64,000 nucleotides of DNA from Escherichia coli (GCF_965641715.1 NZ_OZ282453.1), one strand, 5' to 3'; shown: positions 52,555-61,714, counted from the first letter of the stretch. Notes: generated by a model not told the origin, from the letters alone. Numbers and translations are program-made.

Positions 52555-52586
52555 AAAAATGCCAGCCTCCGGGCTGGCGTTTTTTA
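52555..52586. terminator. Bidirectional intrinsic terminator shared by eno (+) and the convergent TPM/LemA operon (-)
   Basis: aaaaat-gccagcc-tccg-ggctggc-gttttttat: GC stem flanked by an A-run and a T-run. Confidence 0.75.
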
Positions 52587-52594
52587 TGGTTGAG

Positions 52595-53488
52595 TTACCA
52601 GCGACCGGACGCGCCGCCACCGCCAGAAGAACCGCCCCCGCCGCTAAATCCGCCGCCACTTGAGCCTCCACCGGAAGAGGATGAAGAAGAACCTTTTCTT
52701 GAAGCTCTATCTTTACTGAGTTTTTTGTATTTGGCGCGTAGCTTTTTATTGACGATAAGCCAAAAAATAACCAGTGGTACGATCGCAAAAGGCGTTAACA
52801 TACCGCAGGCAACGATTAAATTGGTCCATGGTCCTGGCTCGGCAACATAGAGGAATACCATCCCGTAAATGGCGCCAGTGAGAGTGATCCAGGGTAAATT
52901 CGACGGATCGGTAAAAACAATAAAATATGAAAGTACCGCCAGCAATATAATTACAGCAAGCGATAATGGAATAGGGGGATTGATACTGTAATAATCCCCC
53001 CTGTCTTCCGGTAATTCACCATTCAACAGAAGCGCGCCGATATTTTCGCTTGCCAGTGTTAATCCACCCATCAGGTCGTCACTTTTGAAGGCAGGGATCA
53101 ATATATCCCTGATAATCTTCGCCGCTTGCAGGTCGGTTACCACCCCTTCCAGCCCGTAGCCAACCTCAATACGAACAGCATGATCCTCCCTGGCAACCAG
53201 AAGTAAAATACCATCGTTTCTCTGCTTATCTCCCAGTTTCCAGCTATCAAAAACCCTTGTAGCATATTGTTCAATGGAATCGTCTCCGGTGGACGGCACT
53301 ACTAATACAGCGACCTGCGCCCGTGTTTTATGTGTAATATCCTGCAGTTGCTGTGTCAGTGATTGTTGTTCAGACGTGCTTAACGTACCAGTAATATCGG
53401 TCACCTGTTGGCGCAGCTCCGGCACAGCAATTTGCTGGGCAAGCCCGGGAAGGCTCCACAAAGCAAGTAGAATAAAGATTAAGCGCAT
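52595..53488 (-). CDS. TPM-domain membrane protein, YgcG family, paralog 1 (promoter-distal)
   Basis: ORF track 52595-53500 begins at a non-ATG codon; likely ATG start at MRLIFILLALWSLPGLA (signal peptide); TPM fold motifs (LVVPSTGDDSIEQYATRVFDSWK, DGILLLVA, RIEVGYGLEG); C-terminal TM segments then Ser/Gly tail ...GGGSSGGGGASGRW. Confidence 0.8.
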   Translation of the reverse strand: MRLIFILLALWSLPGLAQQIAVPELRQQVTDITGTLSTSEQQSLTQQLQDITHKTRAQVAVLVVPSTGDDSIEQYATRVFDSWKLGDKQRNDGILLLVAREDHAVRIEVGYGLEGVVTDLQAAKIIRDILIPAFKSDDLMGGLTLASENIGALLLNGELPEDRGDYYSINPPIPLSLAVIILLAVLSYFIVFTDPSNLPWITLTGAIYGMVFLYVAEPGPWTNLIVACGMLTPFAIVPLVIFWLIVNKKLRAKYKKLSKDRASRKGSSSSSSGGGSSGGGFSGGGGSSGGGGASGRW

Positions 53489-53493
53489 TACGA

Positions 53494-54642
53494 TCACCAA
53501 CGGCCGGATGAACCGCCGCCTCCTGAAGAACCGCCACCACCGCGGAAAGAATTCCTCGACGAAGAGCGAGAATGAGCATTACGATTCCCCGTTTTCCTGT
53601 TGCTTTTTTCTCCTGACCCCAGCTTAAGATTGCCAGTAAATTTGGCCACAATGATCAGCAGAACGATGCCAGCAATGGTTATTGGGCCGATAAAATGATC
53701 AATTAACCCAATAATTGTTGAGATGAATGCAATATCTTTATTACTGGCGAACACCAGGCACCATCCCACAATAATTATCAGCATCACGACAAACAATGAA
53801 TTTCGTCCTGATTCACGAACCTGCGGAGTCTTCTTTTGTTTTTTCACTTTAGCGTTTTTATTTTTTGGGGCCAGCATCATAGGAAATACGCGGCACAAAT
53901 TAAAAACTACCGCGAGACGCTGCTTGCAGGTTGTTGCTAACAATAAACTAAAACAAACGACCGATACCCGCCGAATGATGACATCGTCCTGAAAGGAGAA
54001 AAACCAGACCATAGGGGTAATCATCGATATCATCCATATGCCACGCCGTGGGCGGCTGGCAAATCGCCAGAGGACAACGATGGCAACGATCATCAGCAGT
54101 GTCCAGGCAAGACATGGCAGCGAACGTTGCGGATTAGCAAACAGATGATTGGCTAAAGCATCCAAAGGGCTAAGGTTCGCTTTGATATGGGTAAACTGTG
54201 CGATGCTTTCAATTCCGCCCGTTAATCCAGCAAAGAGATTGTTTTTTTCGAATTCTGGCTGCATATGGTAACGAACAATTTGCGCAGCTTGTTCCGGCGG
54301 CAACATCTCTTCCAGTCCATGTCCAATCTTCATTGACGCCAGCCCTTCCGGCCATACGACGAGAATTAAGATACCTTCGCCATATCGCTTCTCTCCAACG
54401 GGTTTCCAGTGATATACCCCGTATCTCTGCGAGGCTGCAAGTTTAATGTTTTTGCCCCCTGTGGTCGGCGTAACCAACACGGCCACCTGGAAGTGGTTTT
54501 GCTGCTCGAGAGTCTGTAATTGTTGAGTTAAAGCAGTTTGTTCTTCTGTCGTTAATGTCCCGGTTAAGTCAGTCACTGAAGGCAATCGTTCAGCGAATAC
54601 CTGAAAACCGCATAGCATCAGAAGTAAGAGAAAAATACGCAT
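53494..54642 (-). CDS. TPM-domain membrane protein, divergent paralog 2 with long polytopic C-terminal region
   Basis: 382 aa; signal peptide; TPM-like N-terminal domain; several hydrophobic segments; tail ...RGGGGSSGGGGSSGRW; 5-nt gap to paralog 1 start. Confidence 0.75.
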   Translation of the reverse strand: MRIFLLLLMLCGFQVFAERLPSVTDLTGTLTTEEQTALTQQLQTLEQQNHFQVAVLVTPTTGGKNIKLAASQRYGVYHWKPVGEKRYGEGILILVVWPEGLASMKIGHGLEEMLPPEQAAQIVRYHMQPEFEKNNLFAGLTGGIESIAQFTHIKANLSPLDALANHLFANPQRSLPCLAWTLLMIVAIVVLWRFASRPRRGIWMISMITPMVWFFSFQDDVIIRRVSVVCFSLLLATTCKQRLAVVFNLCRVFPMMLAPKNKNAKVKKQKKTPQVRESGRNSLFVVMLIIIVGWCLVFASNKDIAFISTIIGLIDHFIGPITIAGIVLLIIVAKFTGNLKLGSGEKSNRKTGNRNAHSRSSSRNSFRGGGGSSGGGGSSGRW

Positions 54643-54656
54643 ATCAATTCCTTTTG

Positions 54657-55550
54657 TTACCAGCGCCCGGAAGCGCCACCGCCACCAGATGAACCGCCAC
54701 CACCGCTGAAATTGTCATTGTTGAATGAAGAGGATGACGATGATGAATAGTGGGAGGAAGAATTGCTTCTTGTATGGCGTGATGGCTGGTTGACATCACG
54801 CATCAAATCCCGAACTTTTTTGCCGAAGGGGGTAAAAGCGATGGCGACAGCCAGGAACGGTGTGGCGAAGCAGAGTAATGTTGCGAGTACTCCCCAGCTT
54901 CCGCTGAAGCCTGCTATAGGTAAAACAAAGGCCAGTACAATAGCTGCGAAGCAAATTACTCCCAGCGTTTTGATATATCCTCTGGCAGAAATAAACGTCA
55001 GTACTATCGCCCAGACTAACAATGCCCACCAACCGCTAAAGGGCAAAGGGTGATCGGTCGGTGTTATCGTTGCTAAATTATTCCCCGTAAGACGACTTTC
55101 AATATCGCTGATCCCCTTTTGTAAACCGCCAGCCAGGTCGCCTTTTTTAAATGCAGGAATAATACTGTTGCGAATAATTTTCCCGGACTGTGCATCCGTA
55201 ATAATACCTTCCAGCCCGTAACCGATTTCAATACGCACGGTATGATCCTGCCAGGCGACTAACAGTAGAACGCCATCATCACGGTCTTTATCACCCGGTT
55301 TCCAGCTATCGAATACCCGCGTTGCGTACTGCTCGATGGTTTCATCGCCTGTTGTATCAACCACTAACACGACCAACTGTGCGTGGTTTTTTTGCGTCAG
55401 GGCTTTAATCTGGTTGGTCAGGGTGTTTACTTCGCTGTTTGTTAATGTGCCGGTTAAGTCATTCACATACTTGGGGGATTCAGGTACTGGAATTTGTGTG
55501 GCAAACACAGATGAACAGAAGAAAGCCATAAGGAAGATAAAATTTCGCAT
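54657..55550 (-). CDS. TPM-domain membrane protein, YgcG family, paralog 3
   Basis: ORF track 54657-55580; likely start at MRNFIFLMAFFCSSVFA (55550); shares IEQYATRVFDSWK and RIEIGYGLEG blocks with paralog 1; tail ...SGGGGSSGGGGASGRW. Confidence 0.8.
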   Translation of the reverse strand: MRNFIFLMAFFCSSVFATQIPVPESPKYVNDLTGTLTNSEVNTLTNQIKALTQKNHAQLVVLVVDTTGDETIEQYATRVFDSWKPGDKDRDDGVLLLVAWQDHTVRIEIGYGLEGIITDAQSGKIIRNSIIPAFKKGDLAGGLQKGISDIESRLTGNNLATITPTDHPLPFSGWWALLVWAIVLTFISARGYIKTLGVICFAAIVLAFVLPIAGFSGSWGVLATLLCFATPFLAVAIAFTPFGKKVRDLMRDVNQPSRHTRSNSSSHYSSSSSSSFNNDNFSGGGGSSGGGGASGRW

Positions 55551-55563
55551 AGAACTTCCCCGC

Positions 55564-56184
55564 TTAATGAGCATTAGCATTCTGGCTAAAATCTATTGTT
55601 GGGGCTTTACTTACTGCGGCGACATCATCCGGTAAATAATTTTTCTTTGGCGTGTAATCCATGACCTTTGCGGTTAATACAGCGGGGAATTTGCGGATAG
55701 TGACATTATATTGTTCAATGGCTTTAATATATCTTCCTCGCGCAACGGCAATTCTATTTTCACTTCCTTCGAGCTGTACCATTAAGTTTTGATAGAGCTC
55801 TTGAGCCTTTAACTCAGGGTAACGCTCACTAATTATCGTTAACTGACCGAGAGTGCGAGTCACCTGCGCCTGGGCCTGTTGCCAGGCTTGTAATTTTTGT
55901 GCATCTCCGGGAGCTTGCTGAAGATCGCTGCTGGCGCGATTAGCCTGGCTACGAGCCAATGTTACGGCTTCCAAAACGTCTTTTTCATGGTTGGAATAAC
56001 CTTTAATACTGGCGACAAGATTAGGAATAAGATCGGCGCGACGTTGATATTGATTTAATACCTCAGACCAGGAGGCGTTAACCTGCTCATCATAGGTTTG
56101 AATATCGTTATATCCACAGCCTGATAAATTGAAAATAAATATAATTACGATGAATATCCTGAGCATGTTTAAATCCTTTTTCAT
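55564..56184 (-). CDS. lemA: LemA-family lipoprotein
   Basis: 206 aa; lipobox NLSGC; LemA blocks QRRADLIPNLV, ERYPELKA, GSENRIAVARGRY; stop lies 13 nt upstream of TPM paralog 3 start. Confidence 0.8.
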   Translation of the reverse strand: MKKDLNMLRIFIVIIFIFNLSGCGYNDIQTYDEQVNASWSEVLNQYQRRADLIPNLVASIKGYSNHEKDVLEAVTLARSQANRASSDLQQAPGDAQKLQAWQQAQAQVTRTLGQLTIISERYPELKAQELYQNLMVQLEGSENRIAVARGRYIKAIEQYNVTIRKFPAVLTAKVMDYTPKKNYLPDDVAAVSKAPTIDFSQNANAH

Positions 56185-56338
56185 TAATTCCTTAAAACAT
56201 AATACGCCGCTTCATTTTATTCTTTATGATCTAATGCACTTTTTGCCTTAAACCTGCCTGTAACAGAATGTTAATAAGACATGATTGTTGCGGCAGGATC
56301 TGCAATAATTAACAATTATCCACTTCACAGAGAATGCT

Positions 56339-57010
56339 ATGCAGTACCCGATTAACGAGATGTTCCAGACCCTGCAAGGTGAGGGTTACTTTACCGGCGT
56401 CCCCGCCATTTTTATTCGTTTACAGGGATGCCCGGTTGGCTGTGCCTGGTGCGACACCAAACACACCTGGGAAAAGCTTGAGGATCGGGAAGTCTCCCTT
56501 TTCAGCATTCTGGCGAAGACCAAAGAGAGTGATAAGTGGGGGGCGGCGAGCAGTGAAGACTTGTTGGCTGTCATTAGTCGCCAGGGATACACCGCGCGGC
56601 ATGTGGTGATTACGGGTGGTGAGCCTTGCATTCATGATTTGCTACCACTGACTGATCTGCTCGAAAAGAACGGTTTTAGCTGCCAGATCGAGACCAGTGG
56701 TACTCATGAGGTACGCTGTACACCGAATACCTGGGTTACCGTATCGCCAAAGCTGAACATGCGCGGCGGCTATGAAGTGTTGTCACAGGCACTGGAGCGA
56801 GCCAACGAAATCAAGCACCCAGTGGGACGCGTACGTGATATTGAAGCACTGGATGAACTTTTGGCGACGCTGACCGATGATAAACCGCGAGTCATTGCAC
56901 TGCAGCCGATTAGCCAAAAGGATGATGCCACACGTTTGTGCATTGAAACCTGCATTGCGCGTAATTGGCGTTTGTCGATGCAAACCCATAAATATTTAAA
57001 TATTGCCTGA
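56339..57010 (+). CDS. queE: 7-carboxy-7-deazaguanine synthase (radical SAM)
   Basis: 223 aa with CPVGCAWC cluster motif; recognised as QueE/YgcF. Confidence 0.9.
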   Translation: MQYPINEMFQTLQGEGYFTGVPAIFIRLQGCPVGCAWCDTKHTWEKLEDREVSLFSILAKTKESDKWGAASSEDLLAVISRQGYTARHVVITGGEPCIHDLLPLTDLLEKNGFSCQIETSGTHEVRCTPNTWVTVSPKLNMRGGYEVLSQALERANEIKHPVGRVRDIEALDELLATLTDDKPRVIALQPISQKDDATRLCIETCIARNWRLSMQTHKYLNIA

Positions 57011-57149
57011 TTAAACATTTATAAGCGTTATAAATGGGTGGAACCTGTGAAGACTTCTACTCATTTATATTCTTTGTCGTCTCTGAAAAACATCCATTTT
57101 GCCCATCCTGAACTAATCATTATCATTCTCTACAAATTCTGTGGCGTTA

Positions 57150-57348
57150 ATTTTTCGTTGGAGTGAAAATTATTGCGGTAAAGTTTGGTAGATTTTAGTT
57201 TGTATAGAGTTATTTTAAATATTTACCTTTTTAATCAATGGGTTAAGTGCTCTTTAACATAATGGATGTGTTGTTTGTGTGATACTGTAAAGTTGGTAGA
57301 TTGTGACTGGCTTAAAAAATCATTAATTAATAATAGGTTATGTTTAGA
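57150..57348 (+). promoter_or_regulatory. CRISPR leader (AT-rich, promoter and integration-host-factor region)
   Basis: AT-rich stretch ending ...tggtagattgtgactggcttaaaaaatcattaattaataataggttatgtttaga immediately 5' of the first repeat. Confidence 0.65.
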
Positions 57349-58353
57349 GAGTTCCCCGCGCCAGCGGGGATAAACCGGGCGACCGGCAGGCGGCCTATGC
57401 GTTTTTCACGAGTTCCCCGCGCCAGCGGGGATAAACCGGGGCATTAGAATAACTTAAATGGAAAAAGAAAGAGTTCCCCGCGCCAGCGGGGATAAACCGG
57501 CCTTATCTCTGCTTGGATTCTCTGCTGATGTGAGTTCCCCGCGCCAGCGGGGATAAACCGCGGCGCACACGTTGTATTTGTGCTGCCTATGCGAGTTCCC
57601 CGCGCCAGCGGGGATAAACCGCCCACCAGCGCGTTTTTTGCCGGGGCCATAGTGAGTTCCCCGCGCCAGCGGGGATAAACCGGCAATGCTCGTACGCCGT
57701 CTCACTCCGCGTGAGAGTTCCCCGCGCCAGCGGGGATAAACCGCGGGGGCGCGGGGTGTGGACGCATTCACAGCAGAGTTCCCCGCGCCAGCGGGGATAA
57801 ACCGTATATGCAGTGCTGACAGACCGGGGGGCGCAAGAGTTCCCCGCGCCAGCGGGGATAAACCGGCAACGCAGGAACCGCAGGCGGTTCGTCATCTGAG
57901 TTCCCCGCGCCAGCGGGGATAAACCGCTTGCCGCGCCAGGGTATTTTTGTGTGGTCGTGAGTTCCCCGCGCCAGCGGGGATAAACCGTCCGCAACAACTC
58001 AGAGAACCAGACACCAAGCGAGTTCCCCGCGCCAGCGGGGATAAACCGTTTCGCCGCCGGGAAAATTTATATTAACGTTGGAGTTCCCCGCGCCAGCGGG
58101 GATAAACCGCGAAGCACGTCGGGGACCGTAAGGCGTTTGAAGAGTTCCCCGCGCCAGCGGGGATAAACCGCAATCCACGCCGAAGCGCTGGAAATGGAAA
58201 AAGAGTTCCCCGCGCCAGCGGGGATAAACCGTTTACCTGCTCGGTGATATCGTCCTGCAAATCGAGTTCCCCGCGCCAGCGGGGATAAACCGGGTACAAA
58301 AGAGGCCCCATTCTGGCAGGGCTCAAGTTCCCCGCGCCAGCGGGGATAAACCA
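57349..58353 (+). CRISPR. Type I-E CRISPR array: 17 repeats of 29 bp, 16 spacers of 32 bp
   Basis: Repeat GAGTTCCCCGCGCCAGCGGGGATAAACCG with exact 61-bp period from 57349; terminal repeat degenerate (AAGTTCCCCGCGCCAGCGGGGATAAACCA, 58325-58353); leader at the 57349 end sets + orientation. Confidence 0.97.
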
Positions 58354-58824
58354 CCATATAACCCATTATCTCTTTCTCAAGTTTTTATATTAGCAGTACT
58401 CGTAATAAGCAACATATCCACGTAACACCTCATGTTCAGAATAGCTCGCCATATATGAGAAGTTCACAATTATCGATACAAAAAATTAAATTTAATCAAA
58501 GTGTTATTTGTATGATGCTTAAACCGTTAAGAAATTTTCATATATTATTTTTTTTAATGTTGAATTAATGTCTATTAATTTTTTCTTCAGGATAATAGTT
58601 TGTTTTTTAAGCTTGTTATTCATTGATTAAGTAATAAATCAGAAAAATTGTCTTTGTTTTGAGGCTAATGAGTGGTTTTACATAACCGCCTCTATACGCT
58701 GTTGATGAATAGTTCTTATGAATAAAGATATCCAGTTCATACTTTAAGTGAAAATTGATAAAGTGCGATTCGTATTGTCTTTTATTCTAAAGACATCGAG
58801 TGTAGTTAATATTCCTTGTAAAAA

Positions 58825-58884
58825 CAGGGATAAACCGAACTAGTTAAAGTTTTTATTATGTTCCCCGCGTCAGCGGGGATAACC
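58825..58884 (+). CRISPR. Degenerate CRISPR repeat remnant (decayed second mini-array)
   Basis: cagggataaaccg (58825-58837), 22-nt spacer-like gap, then gttccccgcgtcagcggggataacc (58860-58884); preceded by a second AT-rich leader-like stretch. Confidence 0.6.
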
Positions 58885-58931
58885 ATTCAGGTATGTTCAG
58901 GCCGGGCTGTTTCCCGCCCGGCCTTCCTCAC

Positions 58932-60410
58932 TTACGCATTCGACCAGCTCTGGATCGAATCCGCATTTCCCAATTCCCCATGCATCACTTCATACGATTT
59001 TTTCAGAATCACATCAGTATGTTTGGTTAGGTCTTTGAAAATGCCTTTATTCATCGCGTCGTAGCGTTTGGCATTGCTCTCAATCGGTATAAAGATATCT
59101 TTCACGCGAACCATTTTATCGACAGCCGTTGCGTAATCCGGGTATAGCCCCAGACCTACCGCTGTATTAATCGCTGCCCCCAGACTTGCACAACCGTTAA
59201 TGGCGTTACGTCGTGCCGGAAGGTTGAACACGTCGGCAAAAATCTGCATAAACAGATCGCTGTTCGAACCGCCGCCAGTAATGATTACATGCTTCGCAAA
59301 GTGATTCATTTCATTACACATATTGTCGTAATTGTTCTTCAGCGTCAGCGCCACGCTTTCCAGTATCGAACGATATATCCATGCGTAATCCATGCTGGAA
59401 TCAAAGCCGATCATAATCCCGCGTTTGTACGGTTCCCACGGATTGGTCAGCCAGTCCAGCACCGTCATCAGCCCATTACAGCCAGGTGGCACACTAGAGG
59501 CTTTCTTGTTGAGTAAATCTTCCGGTGAAAGATCCTGCGCCCTGGCATCCTGAATTAACGACTCGCCTAACATGTCGCGCAGCCAGCTCACCGTCCACAT
59601 GCCTTTGCGAATACCGTAACCTTCATACAGCAATGTTTGCGGAATAGAAGACATAATCGGCCAGTACGCCACCGGATCTTTCGGCAGTGCTTTGCCGTTC
59701 ATCATCAATGCGATGTAAGTGCCAAGAGAAATTACCGCAGTTTCATCATCCAGTAATCCGGCCCCCAGAGCTTCTACCGGTTTATCACTGGTGGTACAAA
59801 CAACCGGCAGCCCTGCCGGGAAATGTGTCGCCAGCGCGGCTTGTGGTGTGATCTGTCCAAGAACAGTGCCTGGCATTTGCACATCAAACAGCATATGACG
59901 GGGGATATTAAACTTCTCCATGACTGCGGCATCTTCACTCCATGCCCAGCTCTTATAATCCACCGGCCACTGACCAAAATAGTTGGCGATATTGTCTTTA
60001 AACTCGCCGGTTAAGCGATGCGTCAGATAACCCGAAAAAGAGGTGACATAGGCCACGTCAGGATTAGTGTGTTCGTAGGGACGCGTTACGCGTGCATCCT
60101 GCCAGCTAATCAATGGCGCAGCTGGCGTGCCATCGGCTTTCAATAACGCACGGCAGCAACGGATGGATCCCAGACCAATAACGACAATATCTTCTTTATT
60201 CCCGGCAAACTGACTCATCAAATCGTGACCGGCAAAACATAATGATGCCCATAAATCGTCGTCAGGATGTTCTGCGGTATCGGCATCTGGCGTGTGCATC
60301 GGCTGCAATAAACCTTTGCCTTCGCAAACCACGTTACCTTCCAGATCGTACATCACCACTTTTGTGCTCTGACTTCCGCCATCAATCCCTATGATGTATT
60401 TCTTCGACAT
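58932..60410 (-). CDS. ygcE: FGGY-family carbohydrate kinase, substrate unknown
   Basis: 492 aa with FGGY N- and C-terminal domains (GIDGGSQSTK start). Confidence 0.85.
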   Translation of the reverse strand: MSKKYIIGIDGGSQSTKVVMYDLEGNVVCEGKGLLQPMHTPDADTAEHPDDDLWASLCFAGHDLMSQFAGNKEDIVVIGLGSIRCCRALLKADGTPAAPLISWQDARVTRPYEHTNPDVAYVTSFSGYLTHRLTGEFKDNIANYFGQWPVDYKSWAWSEDAAVMEKFNIPRHMLFDVQMPGTVLGQITPQAALATHFPAGLPVVCTTSDKPVEALGAGLLDDETAVISLGTYIALMMNGKALPKDPVAYWPIMSSIPQTLLYEGYGIRKGMWTVSWLRDMLGESLIQDARAQDLSPEDLLNKKASSVPPGCNGLMTVLDWLTNPWEPYKRGIMIGFDSSMDYAWIYRSILESVALTLKNNYDNMCNEMNHFAKHVIITGGGSNSDLFMQIFADVFNLPARRNAINGCASLGAAINTAVGLGLYPDYATAVDKMVRVKDIFIPIESNAKRYDAMNKGIFKDLTKHTDVILKKSYEVMHGELGNADSIQSWSNA

Positions 60411-60436
60411 GATTTTTCTCCTGTAATTTTCCTGGC

Positions 60437-61714
60437 TTACTTGCTGCTAGCCATTGCGGGGGCGCTATCAGCAGTACGAATTTTTTGGAACAGCAAAAAG
60501 GTAAAGACAATCACCATGGCAAGCGCCGCCATGCCCATCAGCCACATATTGCGGTAGGCTTCTGCTGCGGGCAGGGTGTCTTGCCAGTGGCCGATAATGG
60601 GGTAAACGAAGACATCCGGCAGGAATCCAATCACCGAGCAAATACCTACCGTGGTGCCCATAATGTAAGACGGTGTTCTCGCTTCGCCAGGGCAGGCCCA
60701 GTACAGCCCGCGTGAGGCGTAACAGGTGAATCCCAGCAGTAAAATCAGGCCAATCCCCATCGCGACCGATTGCGGGTTAGAGTTCGTGACGAGCAGGGCA
60801 GTTAACGCCAGCAGGCCGAGTACGGAAAGGATTTGGATCACGCGGGTAGGGGATTTCACTTTGCTGTAGGTGGTGATTATGCCGCCAAGTGGGCCGCACA
60901 GCGCGCGGAAGATTTTGTTGATCACAATCCCCATGTAGCTCGCCGCCACCAGCGACATGCCGTACATTTCGGTCAGATAGTTGGTGGAGTAACTCAGAAT
61001 GGCGTAGATGGTGAAGACACCAAAAATCACCATGCTGCAATACCAGGTGGTACTGATACGCAAAACGGCCAGGATATCGCTAAGCTGGAATGACTGTTTT
61101 TCTTCGTTATTGGCACTGCGCTGGTTGTTGTTATCGCTAACAAAAAACCAGCACAGAATCCCCAACAAGATGTAAACCACACTATAGATGATAATGACCG
61201 TTTTCAGGCTGGTGCTGTCATCCGGTGCAAAGCGAGAAAAGACCCACATGGTAAACACTGCCAGCGACATTACACCGACGCCGCGCAGCCCTTCCATCCA
61301 GCCCATAATTTTCCCTTGCTCGCTATGATCGCCAAGCAACGAGGCGGCTTTAATCGACACCGACCACAGCATTAAAATCGTTGTTATCGCAAAGGCGACC
61401 TGAATACAGAGCATTACCCACAGCGGTGGATACGTTGCCATTAACAGACCCAGTAATCCGGTAATGATCATCGCGGAAGTAATCATTTTGCGGTGTGAAA
61501 ATTTATCGGCAATAACGCCGCTGGGGGCATAAAGAATAATAGCTGCAATACCAAAGGTACTCATTATTAAACCTATCTCGGTATTGCTGAATCCCATAAA
61601 TTTCGCCATGGGAATTTGATAAATATAACGTAAATAAGCCAGGTCGAAACTAACGCCGCCGCTAAAACTAATTATCGCGAGGGTTATCCAACGGCGATAT
61701 GAGTTGTGTTGCAT
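60437..61714 (-). CDS. yqcE: MFS transporter, substrate unknown
   Basis: 425 aa, 12 predicted TM helices. Confidence 0.85.
   Translation of the reverse strand: MQHNSYRRWITLAIISFSGGVSFDLAYLRYIYQIPMAKFMGFSNTEIGLIMSTFGIAAIILYAPSGVIADKFSHRKMITSAMIITGLLGLLMATYPPLWVMLCIQVAFAITTILMLWSVSIKAASLLGDHSEQGKIMGWMEGLRGVGVMSLAVFTMWVFSRFAPDDSTSLKTVIIIYSVVYILLGILCWFFVSDNNNQRSANNEEKQSFQLSDILAVLRISTTWYCSMVIFGVFTIYAILSYSTNYLTEMYGMSLVAASYMGIVINKIFRALCGPLGGIITTYSKVKSPTRVIQILSVLGLLALTALLVTNSNPQSVAMGIGLILLLGFTCYASRGLYWACPGEARTPSYIMGTTVGICSVIGFLPDVFVYPIIGHWQDTLPAAEAYRNMWLMGMAALAMVIVFTFLLFQKIRTADSAPAMASSK

Noticed and set aside
52590-52850. 86-aa plus-strand ORF with a proline-rich N-terminus (PPPPEEPPPP)
   Set aside because: It is the antisense translation of the Gly/Ser-rich tail of TPM paralog 1, not an independent gene.
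57444-58366. Several minus-strand ORFs (80-136 aa) with repeated VYPRWRGEL and SPLARGT motifs
   Set aside because: They are translations of the CRISPR repeat in different frames; the periodic peptide repeat mirrors the 61-bp array period and is not a protein gene.
58858-59064. 68-aa plus-strand ORF spanning the degenerate CRISPR repeat and the ygcE 3' end
   Set aside because: It overlaps a repeat remnant and the antisense strand of ygcE, with no supporting coding features.
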